From Octopus bimaculoides (taxonomy: Eukaryota): DNA of 64,000 nucleotides. Position 1 is the first letter of the stretch. Each line of letters begins with the position of its first letter. Where the stretch lies: contig NC_068982.1 in assembly GCF_001194135.2 (NCBI RefSeq), positions 119,866,192 through 119,930,191 of the forward strand, in the 5' to 3' direction. The translations under genes were made by a program, and so were the position numbers. The notes beneath the pieces are model-generated. The model saw nothing but the letters and a program-made list of their open reading frames with translations, did no database searches and had not been told where the DNA came from. This document shows, in pieces, positions 1-13,039 of the stretch.

Positions 1-699
1 ACAAACACGCCCAGCATTGAGATACAGCAAAAGCATGTAAAAAAAAACATACACATGTAAGAAACACTACCATACAAAAATCCATAGATATATTTAACTT
101 TTAAATACAAACCCAGTCCACACACACACACACACACACACTTACACACATACTTATAGAAAACCGCAGCACACACTAGGCTCGCAGAAAGATGTTCAAA
201 CACATATATATGAACACAAGTGAAATCTGACAGTGAAAAATAAAAAAAAGGAAGACGTCAAAACACACACGNNNNNNNNNNAAATCCTGTAACGATCTGC
301 TTTGTATGAAGACTTTTCCTTTTTGTCTCTTTTTTATCATTTTCCAAAATGGTAACGGTAATGATGTAAGAATCGCTTGACTTTCTTATGAGTCTACCTT
401 TTTTTTTTTTTTTTGTTCTTACCCTCATTATTTCACTCCCTTTCCATCGTAATTCTTACCGCCAAAATGTTAGAAGATTTACAAATCTATTCCTTCGCGT
501 GTGGAACTGAATATAAATGTTCTTACGATTTTCATTGACTCGAATTTGGCTGCTATCATGCTTTCATTAATTTTTTTTCCCCATTTATCACACACTAATT
601 TTGACATCAACATCCATAAATTCTGCTTTGGATATCGGTGTTCTTACAGCATTAGATTAATACCTGACATTAAAATAGATGGTTCATCATACACACACG

Positions 700-711
700 T
701 ACACAAACATA

Positions 712-787
<76 letters not shown>

Positions 788-800
788 CACACATACACAC
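700..800. repeat. (CA)n microsatellite
   Basis: Directly visible; shorter (CA)n also near 120-148. Confidence 0.95.
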
Positions 801-812
801 GAACAACGCGGG

Positions 813-1504
813 CATTGACAGGAAGTGTACCCTAAACTAGACCGGCAATAGACACATTAGATCCAACTTATAAGGATATGCCTTCGCTATCTAGGAACAG
901 CAGAGATGTACTGCATATCAGATAGACAAGGAGGAACAAAGATACCACCAAACCTCCAGATCGTGATAAAAAAATGTCGGCTGTGCTATGTAAGTGTGAA
1001 AGACATCATCCACATCAGCAGCAACTACCCCCAAAATCTCTGAGTTACTACCTAAACCGGGGGAATAATATAGTTACAAAGAAAATTTGCAAAACTATCC
1101 GCAAAAATTTGTAGCGTAAATTGCAGCTCTTGTACCCTGGCTATAAATTCATATTTGTACCTATTATCATAGGTGTATTGGATTATGTACCAAGAAATTT
1201 TCACAAAATCATAGAGATACTTTGTTTCGAGGAAAAGGAGCAAAAAAACTGACGCGGATTCTCGAAATCCAATCTATTAGTGTCACAATGAAGATTTGTA
1301 AGATATGCCAAAAATTCTCCATGCGAGATGCTTATGTGAATAGATGCACACTTGGGTGTAGGCATTGGCAGTTCAACGAATGCACGAACATAATTACATA
1401 TGTACAAACACCGGAAACTCTCTTTATTCAAAAGGTGTTGTCGCTTTGTTAGCGACCGGCTTGAAGTCTCTCAAGAAGAACATAAATGAAACTGAAAGGA
1501 AAAT
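813..1504 (+). mobile_element. 3' remnant of RLE-type (R4/Dong-like) non-LTR retrotransposon
   Basis: Manual translation gives GYAFAI*EQ, DKKCRLCYVSVKDIIHISS (CCHC region), LQLLYPGYKFIFVPIIIGVLDYVP and RILEIQSISVTMKICK (end of restriction-like endonuclease domain); stops, frameshifts and an internal deletion; 3' UTR runs into (TACA)n. Confidence 0.7.
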
Positions 1505-1635
1505 CATACATACATACATACATACATACATACATACATGCATACATGCATACATACATACATACATACATACATGCATACATACATACATACATACATA
1601 CATACATACATACTTACTTACTTACTTACTTACTT
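1505..1635. repeat. (TACA)n grading into (TACT)n
   Basis: Directly visible, abutting the 3' end of the RLE element. Confidence 0.95.
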
Positions 1636-2521
1636 AGTAGACAGCAGATGAGGATTCGGCTAAAATTTTCCCGACAACATGCACAGCTGATTTGTCTATA
1701 GTGATCAAATTGATGTTACATCGCACACATCATCAAACAGACATTACCATGTATATGTATGTATGTATGTTTGTATATATATATATATATATNNNNNNNN
1801 NNNNNNNNNNNNNNNNNNNNNNNNNNNNNNNNNNNNNNNNNNNNNNNNNNNNNNNNNNNNNNNNNNNNNNNNNNNNNNNNNNNNNNNNNNNNNNNNNNNN
1901 NNNNNNNNNNNNNNNNNNNNNNNNNNNNNNNNNNNNNNNNNNNNNNNNNNNNNNNNNNNNNNNNNNNNNNNNNNNNNNNNNNNNNNNNNNNNNNNNNNNN
2001 NNNNNNNNNNNNNNNNNNNNNNNNNNNNNNNNNNNNNNNNNNNNNNNNNNNNNNNNNNNNNNNNNNNNNNNNNNNNNNNNNNNNNNNNNNNNNNNNNNNN
2101 NNNNNNNNNNNNNNNNNNNNNNNNNNNNNNNNNNNNNNNNNNNNNNNNNNNNNNNNNNNNNNNNNNNNNNNNNNNNNNNNNNNNNNNNNNNNNNNNNNNN
2201 NNNNNNNNNNNNNNNNNNNNNNNNNNNNNNNNNNNNNNNNNNNNNNNNNNNNNNNNNNNNNNNNNNNNNNNNNNNNNNNNNNNNNNNNNNNNNNNNNNNN
2301 NNNNNNNNNNNNNNNNNNNNNNNNNNNNNNNNNNNNNNNNNNNNNNNNNNNNNNNNNNNNNNNNNNNNNNNNNNNNNNNNNNNNNNNNNNNNNNNNNNNN
2401 NNNNNNNCTTCGTGTACCTGATGTGTTTATAATACTACATCCATAGTTCAACAGTATATCTGTGGATCGGCTTTTCAAATTCTGCAGTTGCTATCCCTGC
2501 AAATGTATTCCTCAAAATATT

Positions 2522-2758
2522 TGTTTCGTCATTGCCCACAGCGGCTAAACATAGAGGGGACAAACAAGAACAGAGAATGGGATTAAGTCGATTACATCGA
2601 CCCTAGTGCGTAACTGGTACTTATTTAATCGAGCCTGAAAGGATGAAAGGCAAAGTCGACCTCAGCAGAATTTGAACTCAGAACGTAACGGCAGTCGAAA
2701 TACCGCTAAGCATTTGGCCTGGCGTGCTAACGATTCTGCGGGGTAGTCGCCCTATTTC
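2522..2758 (-). mobile_element. tRNA-derived SINE, subfamily B tail
   Basis: Minus strand carries Pol III A-box-like (gcagaatcgttag) and B-box-like (gagttcaaattc) motifs and the tail cccctctatgtttagccgctgtgggcaatgacgaaac; 13-bp TSD tcct(c/a)aaaatatt at 2509-2521 and 2759-2771. Confidence 0.9.
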
Positions 2759-3383
2759 TCCTAAAAATATTGACTTACAAATGATTCAGAGGTTCTGCTG
2801 AATCATTGGGTTTAATTAAATTGTTTCGAGTAATGTTCCCTTGAATTCTGAACAGGGAGCCCCCTCAGTATATTAGCGGCATACATTACTACTGGAACGT
2901 GTTGTTGTACTGCAAAGATGTTTTTCATTACCACTTCTATTGTTCTCCATTCACACTTTTGCTTATGATAATTTTATAACTTTTACGCTTACTTTGTACA
3001 CCCTAATTCGGTTGCATTGACAAAATCTGGAAAATTGCAATGCATCGTTCTGCTGCTTACAGCTTGGATTCATGCTATTTATATTTCTGATCATATTCTA
3101 TGCAATTGTTTTCTGACATAGGGAAACTCTGGTTCGCTTAGTGGCCATAAGTTCTGCATACTTTTAATACAAGTAATTTTTTTCCATCATCTATATTTTC
3201 TAGATATATTTCCGCAAAAAGAGAACAAAATGTGACTCACACTTGTACCTTGTCCAAAACTGATGGGTAGATAGCTTCTGGCAAGCCAATGTGTTTTAAT
3301 ACCGAAAATATGAATAAAGAACACCCATATAGTAGACTTTGTAAGGGTGATGATAAATGTACTCTGCATGTGCCAATCTTGGA

Positions 3384-3386
<3 letters not shown>

Positions 3387-3439
<53 letters not shown>

Positions 3440-3460
3440 TGCAAGTGTGTGTGTGTGTGT
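3387..3460. repeat. (GT)n microsatellite
   Basis: Directly visible. Confidence 0.95.
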
Positions 3461-4655
3461 ACAGAATTTTGCCCTCCTCGTATAATATAGACAAGACCTA
3501 ATTAATGTGTATATGCTATTGTGTATGTGTATGTATGATGTATTATCTTATGTTTATGCAACTGGGTGCTTCACATTGCTGATTAATTTTCTGAAATTTT
3601 ACTTTGAAAAGAAATCAACTCAATGAAAATTCCATACAGAAATTCCATTTCATGAAACAGATCTGGTGAAAATTGAATACGAAAAAATATTCAAAAGCAA
3701 AATATTNNNNNNNNNNNNNNNNNNNNNNNNNNNNNNNNNNNNNNNNNNNNNNNNNNNNNNNNNNNNNNNNNNNNNNNNNNNNNNNNNNNNNNNNNNNNNN
3801 NNNNNNNNNNNNNNNNNNNNNNNNNNNNNNNNNNNNNNNNNNNNNNNNNNNNNNNNNNNNNNNNNNNNNNNNNNNNNNNNNNNNNNNNNNNNNNNNNNNN
3901 NNNNNNNNNNNNNNNNNNNNNNNNNNNNNNNNNNNNNNNNNNNNNNNNNNNNNNNNNNNNNNNNNNNNNNNNNNNNNNNNNNNNNNNNNNNNNNNNNNNN
4001 NNNNNNNNNNNNNNNNNNNNNNNNNNNNNNNNNNNNNNNNNNNNNNNNNNNNNNNNNNNNNNNNNNNNNNNNNNNNNNNNNNNNNNNNNNNNNNNNNNNN
4101 NNNNNNNNNNNNNNNNNNNNNNNNNNNNNNNNNNNNNNNNNNNNNNNNNNNNNNNNNNNNNNNNNNNNNNNNNNNNNNNNNNNNNNNNNNNNNNNNNNNN
4201 NNNNNNNNNNNNNNNNNNNNNNNNNNNNNNNNNNNNNNNNNNNNNNNNNNNNNNNNNNNNNNNNNNNNNNNNNNNNNNNNNNNNNNNNNNNNNNNNNNNN
4301 NNNNNNNNNNNNNNNNNNNNNNNNNNNNNNNNNNNNNNNNNNNNNNNNNNNNNNNNNNNNNNNNNNNNNNNNNNNNNNNNNNNNNNNNNNNNNNNNNNNN
4401 NNNNNNNNNNNNNNNNNNNNNNNNNNNNNNNNNNNNNNNNNNNNNNNNNNNNNNNNNNNNNNNNNNNNNNNNNNNNNNNNNNNNNNNNNNNNNNNNNNNN
4501 NNNNNNNNNNNNNNNNNNNNNNNNNNNNNNNNNNNNNNNNNNNNNNNNNNNNNNNNNNNNNNNNNNNNNNNNNNNNNNNNNNNNNNNNNNNNNNNNNNNN
4601 NNNNNNNNNNNNNNNNNNNNNNNNNNNNNNNNNNNNNNNNNNNNNNNNNNNNNNN

Positions 4656-4686
<31 letters not shown>

Positions 4687-4806
4687 GATATAGAACTATA
4701 GAAGTATACATGTATATATATGTATATATGTATAAATGTATTTTCATTCATATGTATATATACATGCACACACGTACACATATGCATGCCTGTATGTATA
4801 TTCGTG

Positions 4807-4844
<38 letters not shown>

Positions 4845-7299
4845 TGCAGGCACACACACATACACGTACGCACACTTCCGTACAGTATTTAGTATCATTC
4901 GCATGACATATCAACTATTTTTTCTTCTGCTTAGTAGAATTGTATTGATTTCTTTTTTTTTTTTTTAATTTCATTTGCTACCTAAAATCTTTTGTTACAA
5001 AATGTAGCTTAAACGTTCGAATCGTGTAAAAGTAAGTTTTATACATAATTCATTTCACCCATCTTCAATGTATAAACTAGCGCTAATGTCGTATTCATAT
5101 TTAGTCAAGCCATTCGATTGCTACTGGTAACATGTACTATAAGTGGATTGTTCATGACTAAACAGGCAAACCAATCGTGTTTTCTTGATGAAAAGAACTA
5201 TTAGAAACCTAGCAGATCAAAAAAGCATACGATCTAACAAGAGTACATGGGAAAGTAGAATTAAGCAAGATGGTGTACCTGCGCACTTACCGACAAATTT
5301 CAGAGTGTTGAACACCTAGTTATTTTCATATCACGTATTCTGAAGTAAAGCTTGGTGATCGTTGAGCATCTTTTCGTAACATCAACTACTGTACCACCAT
5401 GTGCAAAAATTCTGACGAATTAATAGAATTTTTTACAAGCTATATTCACTCTCCTCAATTTCAGTTACCAGAACTTCATAGATCAGAGAATGGAGCTTTC
5501 ATGAAATACTGCGATGCCTGTGTATCTACACTCGTAGCGACTTACAAGAGCAGCCACACCACACATCGTCTGCATGGTAACAGTTACTGTTGCAACTGCT
5601 CTTTGAGAAATGAAATATGTCTGTAAGAAGTGTTCACATTTCGATACAATTTGACATAGTCTATGTGTGTATATATGCATGTCTGTTTGATGTAAACATA
5701 TATGTATCAATATACGTACGTATGTCTGGTGACCATAAATATGCTGCTAGAAAACAACTAAAATTGTTCCAGATGTGAGTAGTTGGGCTGTCAGGAACTA
5801 AACCGACCAACTCGGCTAGTTTTCATTGGACCCCTGTAGGAGGAAAACCAAACTTGTCAAAAAGCAGAAAAACAAATGCTTTCATGAGAAGCAGCAGCGA
5901 TACAATAGTGCTTTTTCTTTTGAATGAACATACGCTTGTGCATATGTATCTAAATAATTTCTGAGAAAGCTCGTCTTACTTTTTTGATCCTTGTTGTTAG
6001 TTTAAAGGCTTTAAACACTCCTGGAGTTGTCTTCTTATCGTATTGTTGATTGCCACTACAAAAAATAAAGTCGAGAAACTAGCTTTTTGAAACTACAAAT
6101 ACGTGGAAGATTTTTCTCTGTGGCAGTCGAGGAATTAGCCAGGTATATGATAATGAAATCGCGCCACTTCCCTATTTCCAAATCTCCCTCCCATATGACG
6201 ACACAAGTCAATACTTATCTATTGCTTACTAATTTCTGGAATGTTTTACATATTTTGTACTGACACATTAATGCCTTGAAATTTCTGGATTCACCGTTTC
6301 CTTTCGAATTTTATAAAGCTCAGATTCTCGAAATTGGTAGTGAGGCAGGTGTTACCCTAATAACTACACGTATAATTATATAAAGACAGAGTGAAGTATC
6401 TTCAGGTTTCTCATTACTTCGATGTCGTAGTTCACTATTCTCTTATTTTTAATTTTGTTAACTCCCACTAGGGAAGCTAGTTGTTTACAAATGTACTCCG
6501 CTGTACGATATTGAAAACCTTTTACAATTAACGTTACAACCTGGACATTTCGCTTTTGCCTCAGGCTGAAGTGTCCTAATATCACTCTTGTTGTAGCAAT
6601 TTCGGGTAGTTTTAAAATTCTTGGCGGCTTGAATTTTCTGTTCGTTTCCAAATCGTTTAGGAGAGGGTTTTGCATTTTGTTCTGCTCAAAACAGATCGTC
6701 TAGCTTTTAAGACTGTTGTAGCCAAGTTGTTTTTATTCTTTTGATATATTTTGCATATATTTATTGAAGCTGCCTACAGATAAATTATATGTTATGTTGG
6801 TGTAAATGTCTTCTTATTAGGCGTTTGCGTATCCGTTATATTCATCAACAAAAAGGGATGTTTCTTTGAAAATATATTTATTAACATAGAAAAATGTTGT
6901 CTAGATATATATTTATCCACACTTTATTGTATCAGTGGTAGATTCTGGATACTAATTATCATATCTGCAACTTTAACGAGTCTAGGGGATTTTGACATCC
7001 ACTAATGGAGAAAAAGTTCGTATGTTTCAGATAATCCAGCCTAACTAGAAACATATTCCTCCTTTATGGTCGCATCTTTGAGATCACGGTTTTGCTGATA
7101 CGGTGTAGAGCATATTTCCAGACTCCCGGCTTATTATTCAGCTGAGTTGATGTTAGTGTTTTGATATGATATTTCCATATATATAAGTATGTCGTTCTGA
7201 TCATATTTAAAATTTTTCATTGATATACAGGTACCTAATTTCTAACAAAATATAAGACCCTTTCATTCGGATTTAGGGAACTATGTGATCGGGCGATAG

Positions 7300-7388
<89 letters not shown>

Positions 7389-7420
7389 TATAGATACATG
7401 CACACATACATAACATACAT
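7300..7420. repeat. Compound (CA)n(TA)n microsatellite
   Basis: Directly visible; similar compound TA/TG/TACA tracts near 4656-4870, 7910-7985, 8570-8890, 12240-13020, 19400-19790, 23580-23890, 26015-26075, 28776-28890, 53240-53400 and 54455-54548. Confidence 0.95.
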
Positions 7421-7599
7421 AAATATGAATCTATATAAGTATAGATGTGTGTTAGTACACGTATATATGTATGCAAACATGGATATGATTGCATGTATTG
7501 AATTTGTATGTATTGACTTTGATATGTGTTCACATAGATATGTTAACATATCTGTGCGAGTAGATTGGATACTAAATATGAAGAATGTATTACATATTA

Positions 7600-7910
7600 C
7601 AAAAGTGCTTTTAACTGCTTGTGGCCGTAATAACTCAGATGGCCATTGTTTATCTGGTAATATGATGACTTCTCAAGAAGACATTTTTTACGTTTCCCGA
7701 GGCCAAAACTTTTGGCATGAATCTAAATATGCTATGCAAAATAACTGGAAGATTTCTCGTTAACTCGGCATACAGGTTTACTATTTTTCTTATTAATCTT
7801 TAACATTATATCCACATTCGCAGAGAAATATATTATTATGTCTCATCTGGTATGCATCGATTTTACTTAGGTCTTGACAGGCATTCAGGCAGTATTCGTT
7901 TACGACATTT
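7600..7910 (-). mobile_element. Very degenerate RLE-type LINE C-terminal fragment
   Basis: [20 protein letters not shown] resembles the H..S.C..LA..EY..RHD motif and KIVNLYAELTRNL resembles K..KY.DL..E; short and heavily mutated. Confidence 0.3.
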
Positions 7911-8661
7911 ATGTATGTATGTATGTATGTATGTATGTATGTATGTATGTATGTATGTGTGTATGTATGTATGTATGTATGCATGTGTGTAGATATAACT
8001 GTGCAGTTAATACCTCTCGCGAATAATTAATCCATGTGGAAATTATTTTTCTATTCCCATTCTATAATCACTTTTATTGTTATTCTTATTCAAACTGATG
8101 GTGATAGATTATAACACTGATTTTGTTATTACTTATTGCCACAAATATTAACTTATTATTATTAGAAATAGTATTAATATATTATTGCTATTATGCTTAT
8201 CTCTGTTATCATTAATAATAGTATTGTTTGTTTTTTTCTTTATTATCAACACTATCATCAGTATTATTAGTATTTTCGTTTAAATGGAAAAATTGGGATT
8301 GAAGATATTGAAATAAGAAATTTATCGATTGTCCATTCAGCCTCCGGTGAAGGAAAACTAAATTTTATTGTACATGACATTTCCAGATGATGGCATCCAA
8401 TCATTGTAAGAGCCAGATAGAGTGATAGGATAGATGGAAAGACTGTGAAGAAGTGAGGGAGTAAGTGGGAGATACAGATGGTGGGTAAGTGCAAAAGACA
8501 GAGGGTTGGTGACTGAGAGACAGTCAAATATGTACAAGCCTACGCACACACCACACCCGTGCTTAGTTTACACATACATAGATATATATATACATGTATA
8601 TAAACATACATACATATATATGTATGTATATATGCGTGTGTGTATCCATGTATATATATGC

Positions 8662-8733
<72 letters not shown>

Positions 8734-9041
8734 GTACATACACGTGTATTTGTGTTTGCGTAGAGATGTGAACGTATATTTATGTATATGTATGTTATAC
8801 ACATTACATACTCATATGTATGTATGTAATGTATGTATGTATGTATGTATGTATGTATGCATGCATGCATATATGTTCGTATGTATGTACGTAAGGGAAA
8901 GAAAGAGAGGGGAGAGATGAAAAAATATGGACTGGAAAAATAATTACATTTTTGAATGATGTGAGAAAAATTTGAACGCCGATAAAGATGTAAAATGAAG
9001 ATGTGTTTTAGACATTTAGTGACGAAACCATACGGTGTAAG

Positions 9042-9088
<47 letters not shown>

Positions 9089-9262
9089 TATGACGACGAC
9101 GAGGAGGAGCAGGAGGAGAAGAAAAAGAAGAAGAAGAAGAAGAAGAAGAAGAAGAAGAAGAAGAACAAGAACAACAACAACAACAACAACAGCAGCAGCA
9201 GCAGCAGCAGCAACTACAATAACACCAACAGCATCTCAAACATCAATAACAATAATAATAAT
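9042..9262. repeat. Compound trinucleotide microsatellite (AAT)-(GAC)-(GAG)-(AAG)-(AAC)-(AGC)
   Basis: Directly visible. Confidence 0.95.
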
Positions 9263-9613
9263 TTCGAATGTTGGCCGCTAGTTTGACTTCGGAAGGTGCA
9301 TTACAGAAGCAAATACAGCGACATCGTTAGTTTACATAGGAAATGTTTATAATAAAAGAAGAAATATTACATACCTTATAAATTTATTTGACATAGAACG
9401 CAGAGACCTTAGGCGTCATCTAAGCCAGCCGAAAAACTTATCAGATCCAAGAATGCCTTACTACATTTTGCAGCTAAGTATCCGCTCCCAAATGTTATTC
9501 TTCGGCATACAGGTTAAGAGAAGATCGATTAAATCTTAGCCTGGTTAAGAGAAGATCGGTTAACTCACACCATGTGTTATTTAATTGCTGTGTGATTGTT
9601 GACACCCACATTT

Positions 9614-9810
9614 GTCTTTTCTGTTGTCAGCACAAGGCTCGAATTTTTTCTGGAGGGGTAGTCGGTTAAACAGACCCCAGTACGCAACTTGTTCTTAATT
9701 TATCGACCCCGAAAGATGAAAGGCAAAGTCGATCTCGGCAGAAATTGAACTCAAAACGTAAAGATAGACGAAATACCGCTAAGCATTTCGCCCGGCGTGC
9801 TAACGATTCT
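9614..9810 (-). mobile_element. SINE subfamily A, body and tail (head separated by a nested B copy)
   Basis: A-type tail (plus strand tcttttctgttgtcagcacaaggctcgaatttt) and A-type body (minus gtctatctttacg); TSD cacccacattt at 9603-9613 and 10047-10057 encloses this copy and the next. Confidence 0.88.
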
Positions 9811-10044
9811 TATTTCTTTATTGCCCACAAGGGGCTAAACATAGAGGGGACAAACAAGGACAGACAAAGGGATTAAGTCGATTACATCGACCCAAGTGCG
9901 TAAGTGCTACTTAATTTATCGACCCCGAAAGGATGAAAGACAAAGTCGACCTCGGCGGAATTTGAACTCAGAACGTAACGGCAGACGAAATACCACTAAG
10001 CATTTCGCCCGGCATGCTAACGTTTCTGCCAGCTCGCCGTCTTT
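9811..10044 (-). mobile_element. SINE subfamily B
   Basis: Minus strand: A/B boxes, B-type body gtctgccgttacg, tail gtcccctctatgtttagccccttgtgggcaataaagaaata. Confidence 0.92.
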
Positions 10045-10330
10045 GTCACCCACATTTTTACGAATATACTGGAAAAGAGCTTTCTTTCTTGACCCTCACA
10101 TGCCTTTCCAAAATTGCTCTTGAAAAAAATGCCGTTATGGCTTGGACAAAGAGGAGAATGATTATTGTCAGTCTTTTTAGTTTCTTCCAACGTACAAACT
10201 CTTTCACCAAATCCATCCGTCAGCGCGAAAGCGCTTGGTAAAAGGGGATGCAGCTGTATTTACAGTAGTCACCCTTTATAATTAGATTCGTCACGCGAAC
10301 ATTATTCTGCGAAACACCACAATCTATTAA

Positions 10331-10546
10331 CCTTTTTTCTACTCTAGGCACAAAGCTCATTATTTTGGAAGAGGGAGCCAGTGATTCATTCAACCCCAGT
10401 ACGCAACTGGTACTTAAATTGTCAACCCCGAAAGGATGAAAAGCAAAGTTGACCTCGACGAAATTTGAACTCAGAACTTAATGACAAACGAAATACCGCT
10501 TAGCATTTCGCCCGACGTGCTAACGTTTCTGCTAGCTCACGGCCTT
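10331..10546 (-). mobile_element. SINE subfamily A
   Basis: Full-length copy; 15-bp TSD accacaat(c/t)tattaa at 10316-10330 and 10547-10561. Confidence 0.92.
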
Positions 10547-10569
10547 ACCACAATTTATTAATACCCTGA

Positions 10570-11520
10570 CACTGAACGCTTGTGTACAGAAAGGTTTGCC
10601 TGCCATTTCTCGTCTAATCAGGTTCAATTAACTGCACTTTCACACCGGTAAAGTTCAGCATTAAGTGGTAATGCCTTTCCAGAACAAAGATTTGTGGAAA
10701 TTATCCATATTCCCCAGTCAAACACTACGGTATAATTTCATTCTCAACGATATGCAGATGTTCTCTAAGAACATCATCAAACCTCCTTTCAATTAAGCCA
10801 CAATAGATTGCTCACTTCTGTTTTTGCAGAGACAGGATATACTAAAACGATGAGATGATATACTAAAAATCAGTTCATAGAAGTGTCCATTTAATTTGAA
10901 TATGGCAGATGATGCTGCAAATTCATCAGTCCAGATATTGATATAAGAACCGACATCGATTGCACTGATTACAACCAATAGATAGGGAATATTGGCTCTA
11001 TCAAAAGCGTACACTCGATCCATACTGATCAGAGACCTTTCAATGCGAAGTTACCAGCTTTCAATGCGAAGCTTACACAGGTTCACAGTACCGTATCATA
11101 TGACACGTAAGCTGCAGTTTATTGACTTTTCTTTTTTCAGGATTGTGCAGGTTTGAACTTTCCTAACTAAACAGCCTACAGCAAGAGCTAACTGTGTGCT
11201 AACATCTTGGCCAAACTCGTAAGTTCTGTGATCAAAAGAATCAGGGGACTGAAATTATCCTACGAAAACCCCGTTGTTCACATTCTTATTCAGCCCTGTC
11301 GCAACTCGCTGGTTCACAAAAGTGAGAATTATTCCGTTTTACTGCCATTTGTGGTAGGACGGTAGGAATCTCAGCTAAAATATCGGTGAAGAAATCTGAT
11401 ATGAATATGTTAAGTTCATCCAAGCAACGTTATTTCTCTTCGCAAAAACACATACTGCTCTCCGTATTTCTGCGTCTGTAATTTTATCTTTTATCAGCAC
11501 TTCGTAACTTCTTCCAAGTA
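10570..11520 (-). mobile_element. Probable decayed hAT-superfamily transposase remnant
   Basis: Ordered motifs across frames: KDKITDAEIRRAV, SDFFTDILAEI..QMAVKRN, QDVSTQLALAV (cf. DESTD.S..KQLA.VVR), FDRANIPY; many stops and frameshifts; no TIRs identified. Confidence 0.45.
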
Positions 11521-12236
11521 TCAGAGGAAGCCAGCGGCGTAGGTGCTCAAGCCCACTTCAGCCAGTGGTCTATCGTTCCACATAAATAATTCAGCAAAAA
11601 GCTGCTGAAAAACTGTACACTTTTGTTTGGAGTAGAGTACAGTAATATGTCATATTTCATTATATTTCAGCGTATGTGCAGGGAAGATTAGTATACCCAC
11701 TAGTTCGTCGCTATTTATCATTTCAAAGAAGTATACGGAATCTAGATGCTAATAAATGAAACTGTTACTTTTGTCGAGGGCTGAAGGAAGTCAATTTGGG
11801 CCCCTAAAGAAGACAAAGAATAGCTGGCATGTACTGAAATGGTCAATTCTCAACATACTTATTACTCAGTTACCTCTAAATATTTGGCAATGTTATTACC
11901 AGTTCGAATATGTCAGTGGCAAGTTTGAATTCGTAAACAAGCTATTCACTGTATTTTGTTATGGGGAAAATTTCTTTCCGTAGACAAGCGGTATAAATAT
12001 ACCTAAATCAGCTCGTGACACCACCTTTCTAGACTGTGAGATGCAAGGATTTCGGAGTGGCTTCGAAGAGGACGTTTAACATTTTGGATGTAAGATAAGG
12101 ATTGGATTGCACTGCATCTAACCTACCTACTACATGTGTGAGAATGCGTCGAAACAATTCCAGTGAATTTTAAAGAAAGTCGTTAATTTTATTTACCTAT
12201 ATATCTCATCTACCAGCACTCCATCCGGATCACCAC

Positions 12237-12307
<71 letters not shown>

Positions 12308-13039
12308 NNNNNNNNNNNNNNNNNNNNNNNNNNNNNNNNNNNNNNNNNNNNNNNNNNNNNNNNNNNNNNNNNNNNNNNNNNNNNNNNNNNNNNNNNNNNN
12401 NNNNNNNNNNNNNNNNNNNNNNNNNNNNNNNNNNNNNNNNNNNNNNNNNNNNNNNNNNNNNNNNNNNNNNNNNNNNNNNNNNNNNNNNNNNNNNNNNNNN
12501 NNNNNNNNNNNNNNNNNNNNNNNNNNNNNNNNNNNNNNNNNNNNNNNNNNNNNNNNNNNNNNNNNNNNNNNNNNNNNNNNNNNNNNNNNNNNNNNNNNNN
12601 NNNNNNNNNNNNNNNNNNNNNNNNNNNNNNNNNNNNNNNNNNNNNNNNNNNNNNNNNNNNNNNNNNNNNNNNNNNNNNNNNNNNNNNNNNNNNNNNNNNN
12701 NNNNNNNNNNNNNNNNNNNNNNNNNNNNNNNNNNNNNNNNNNNNNNNNNNNNNNNNNNNNNNNNNNNNNNNNNNNNNNNNNNNNNNNNNNNNNNNNNNNN
12801 NNNNATATATACACACACACACACACAGAAAGACAGAGAGAGAGAGAGACAGAGAGACAGACATACGGACAGTTAGATATGTATGTATATGCGTGTATAT
12901 ATATATATATACACACATACCTGTATATGTGGGTATGTGGGTATATATATGTGTATGTGTGTGTATATATGTATATACATATGTGTGTGTATGTGTGTAT
13001 GCATGTATGCAGGGATGTATGTTGCTGGTTTTGATTGCA

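Noticed and set aside
5399-5626. 75-aa Cys-containing ORF, possible exon
   Set aside because: No recognisable domain and no convincing acceptor; could be decayed transposon sequence.
6376-7300. 99-aa ORF and adjacent coding-like sequence
   Set aside because: No motif could be assigned; probably decayed TE but unsupported.
9512-9563. 31-bp-period duplication ggttaagagaagatcg; similar 21-bp-period duplication at 11037-11071
   Set aside because: Two-copy local slippage duplications with no further structure.
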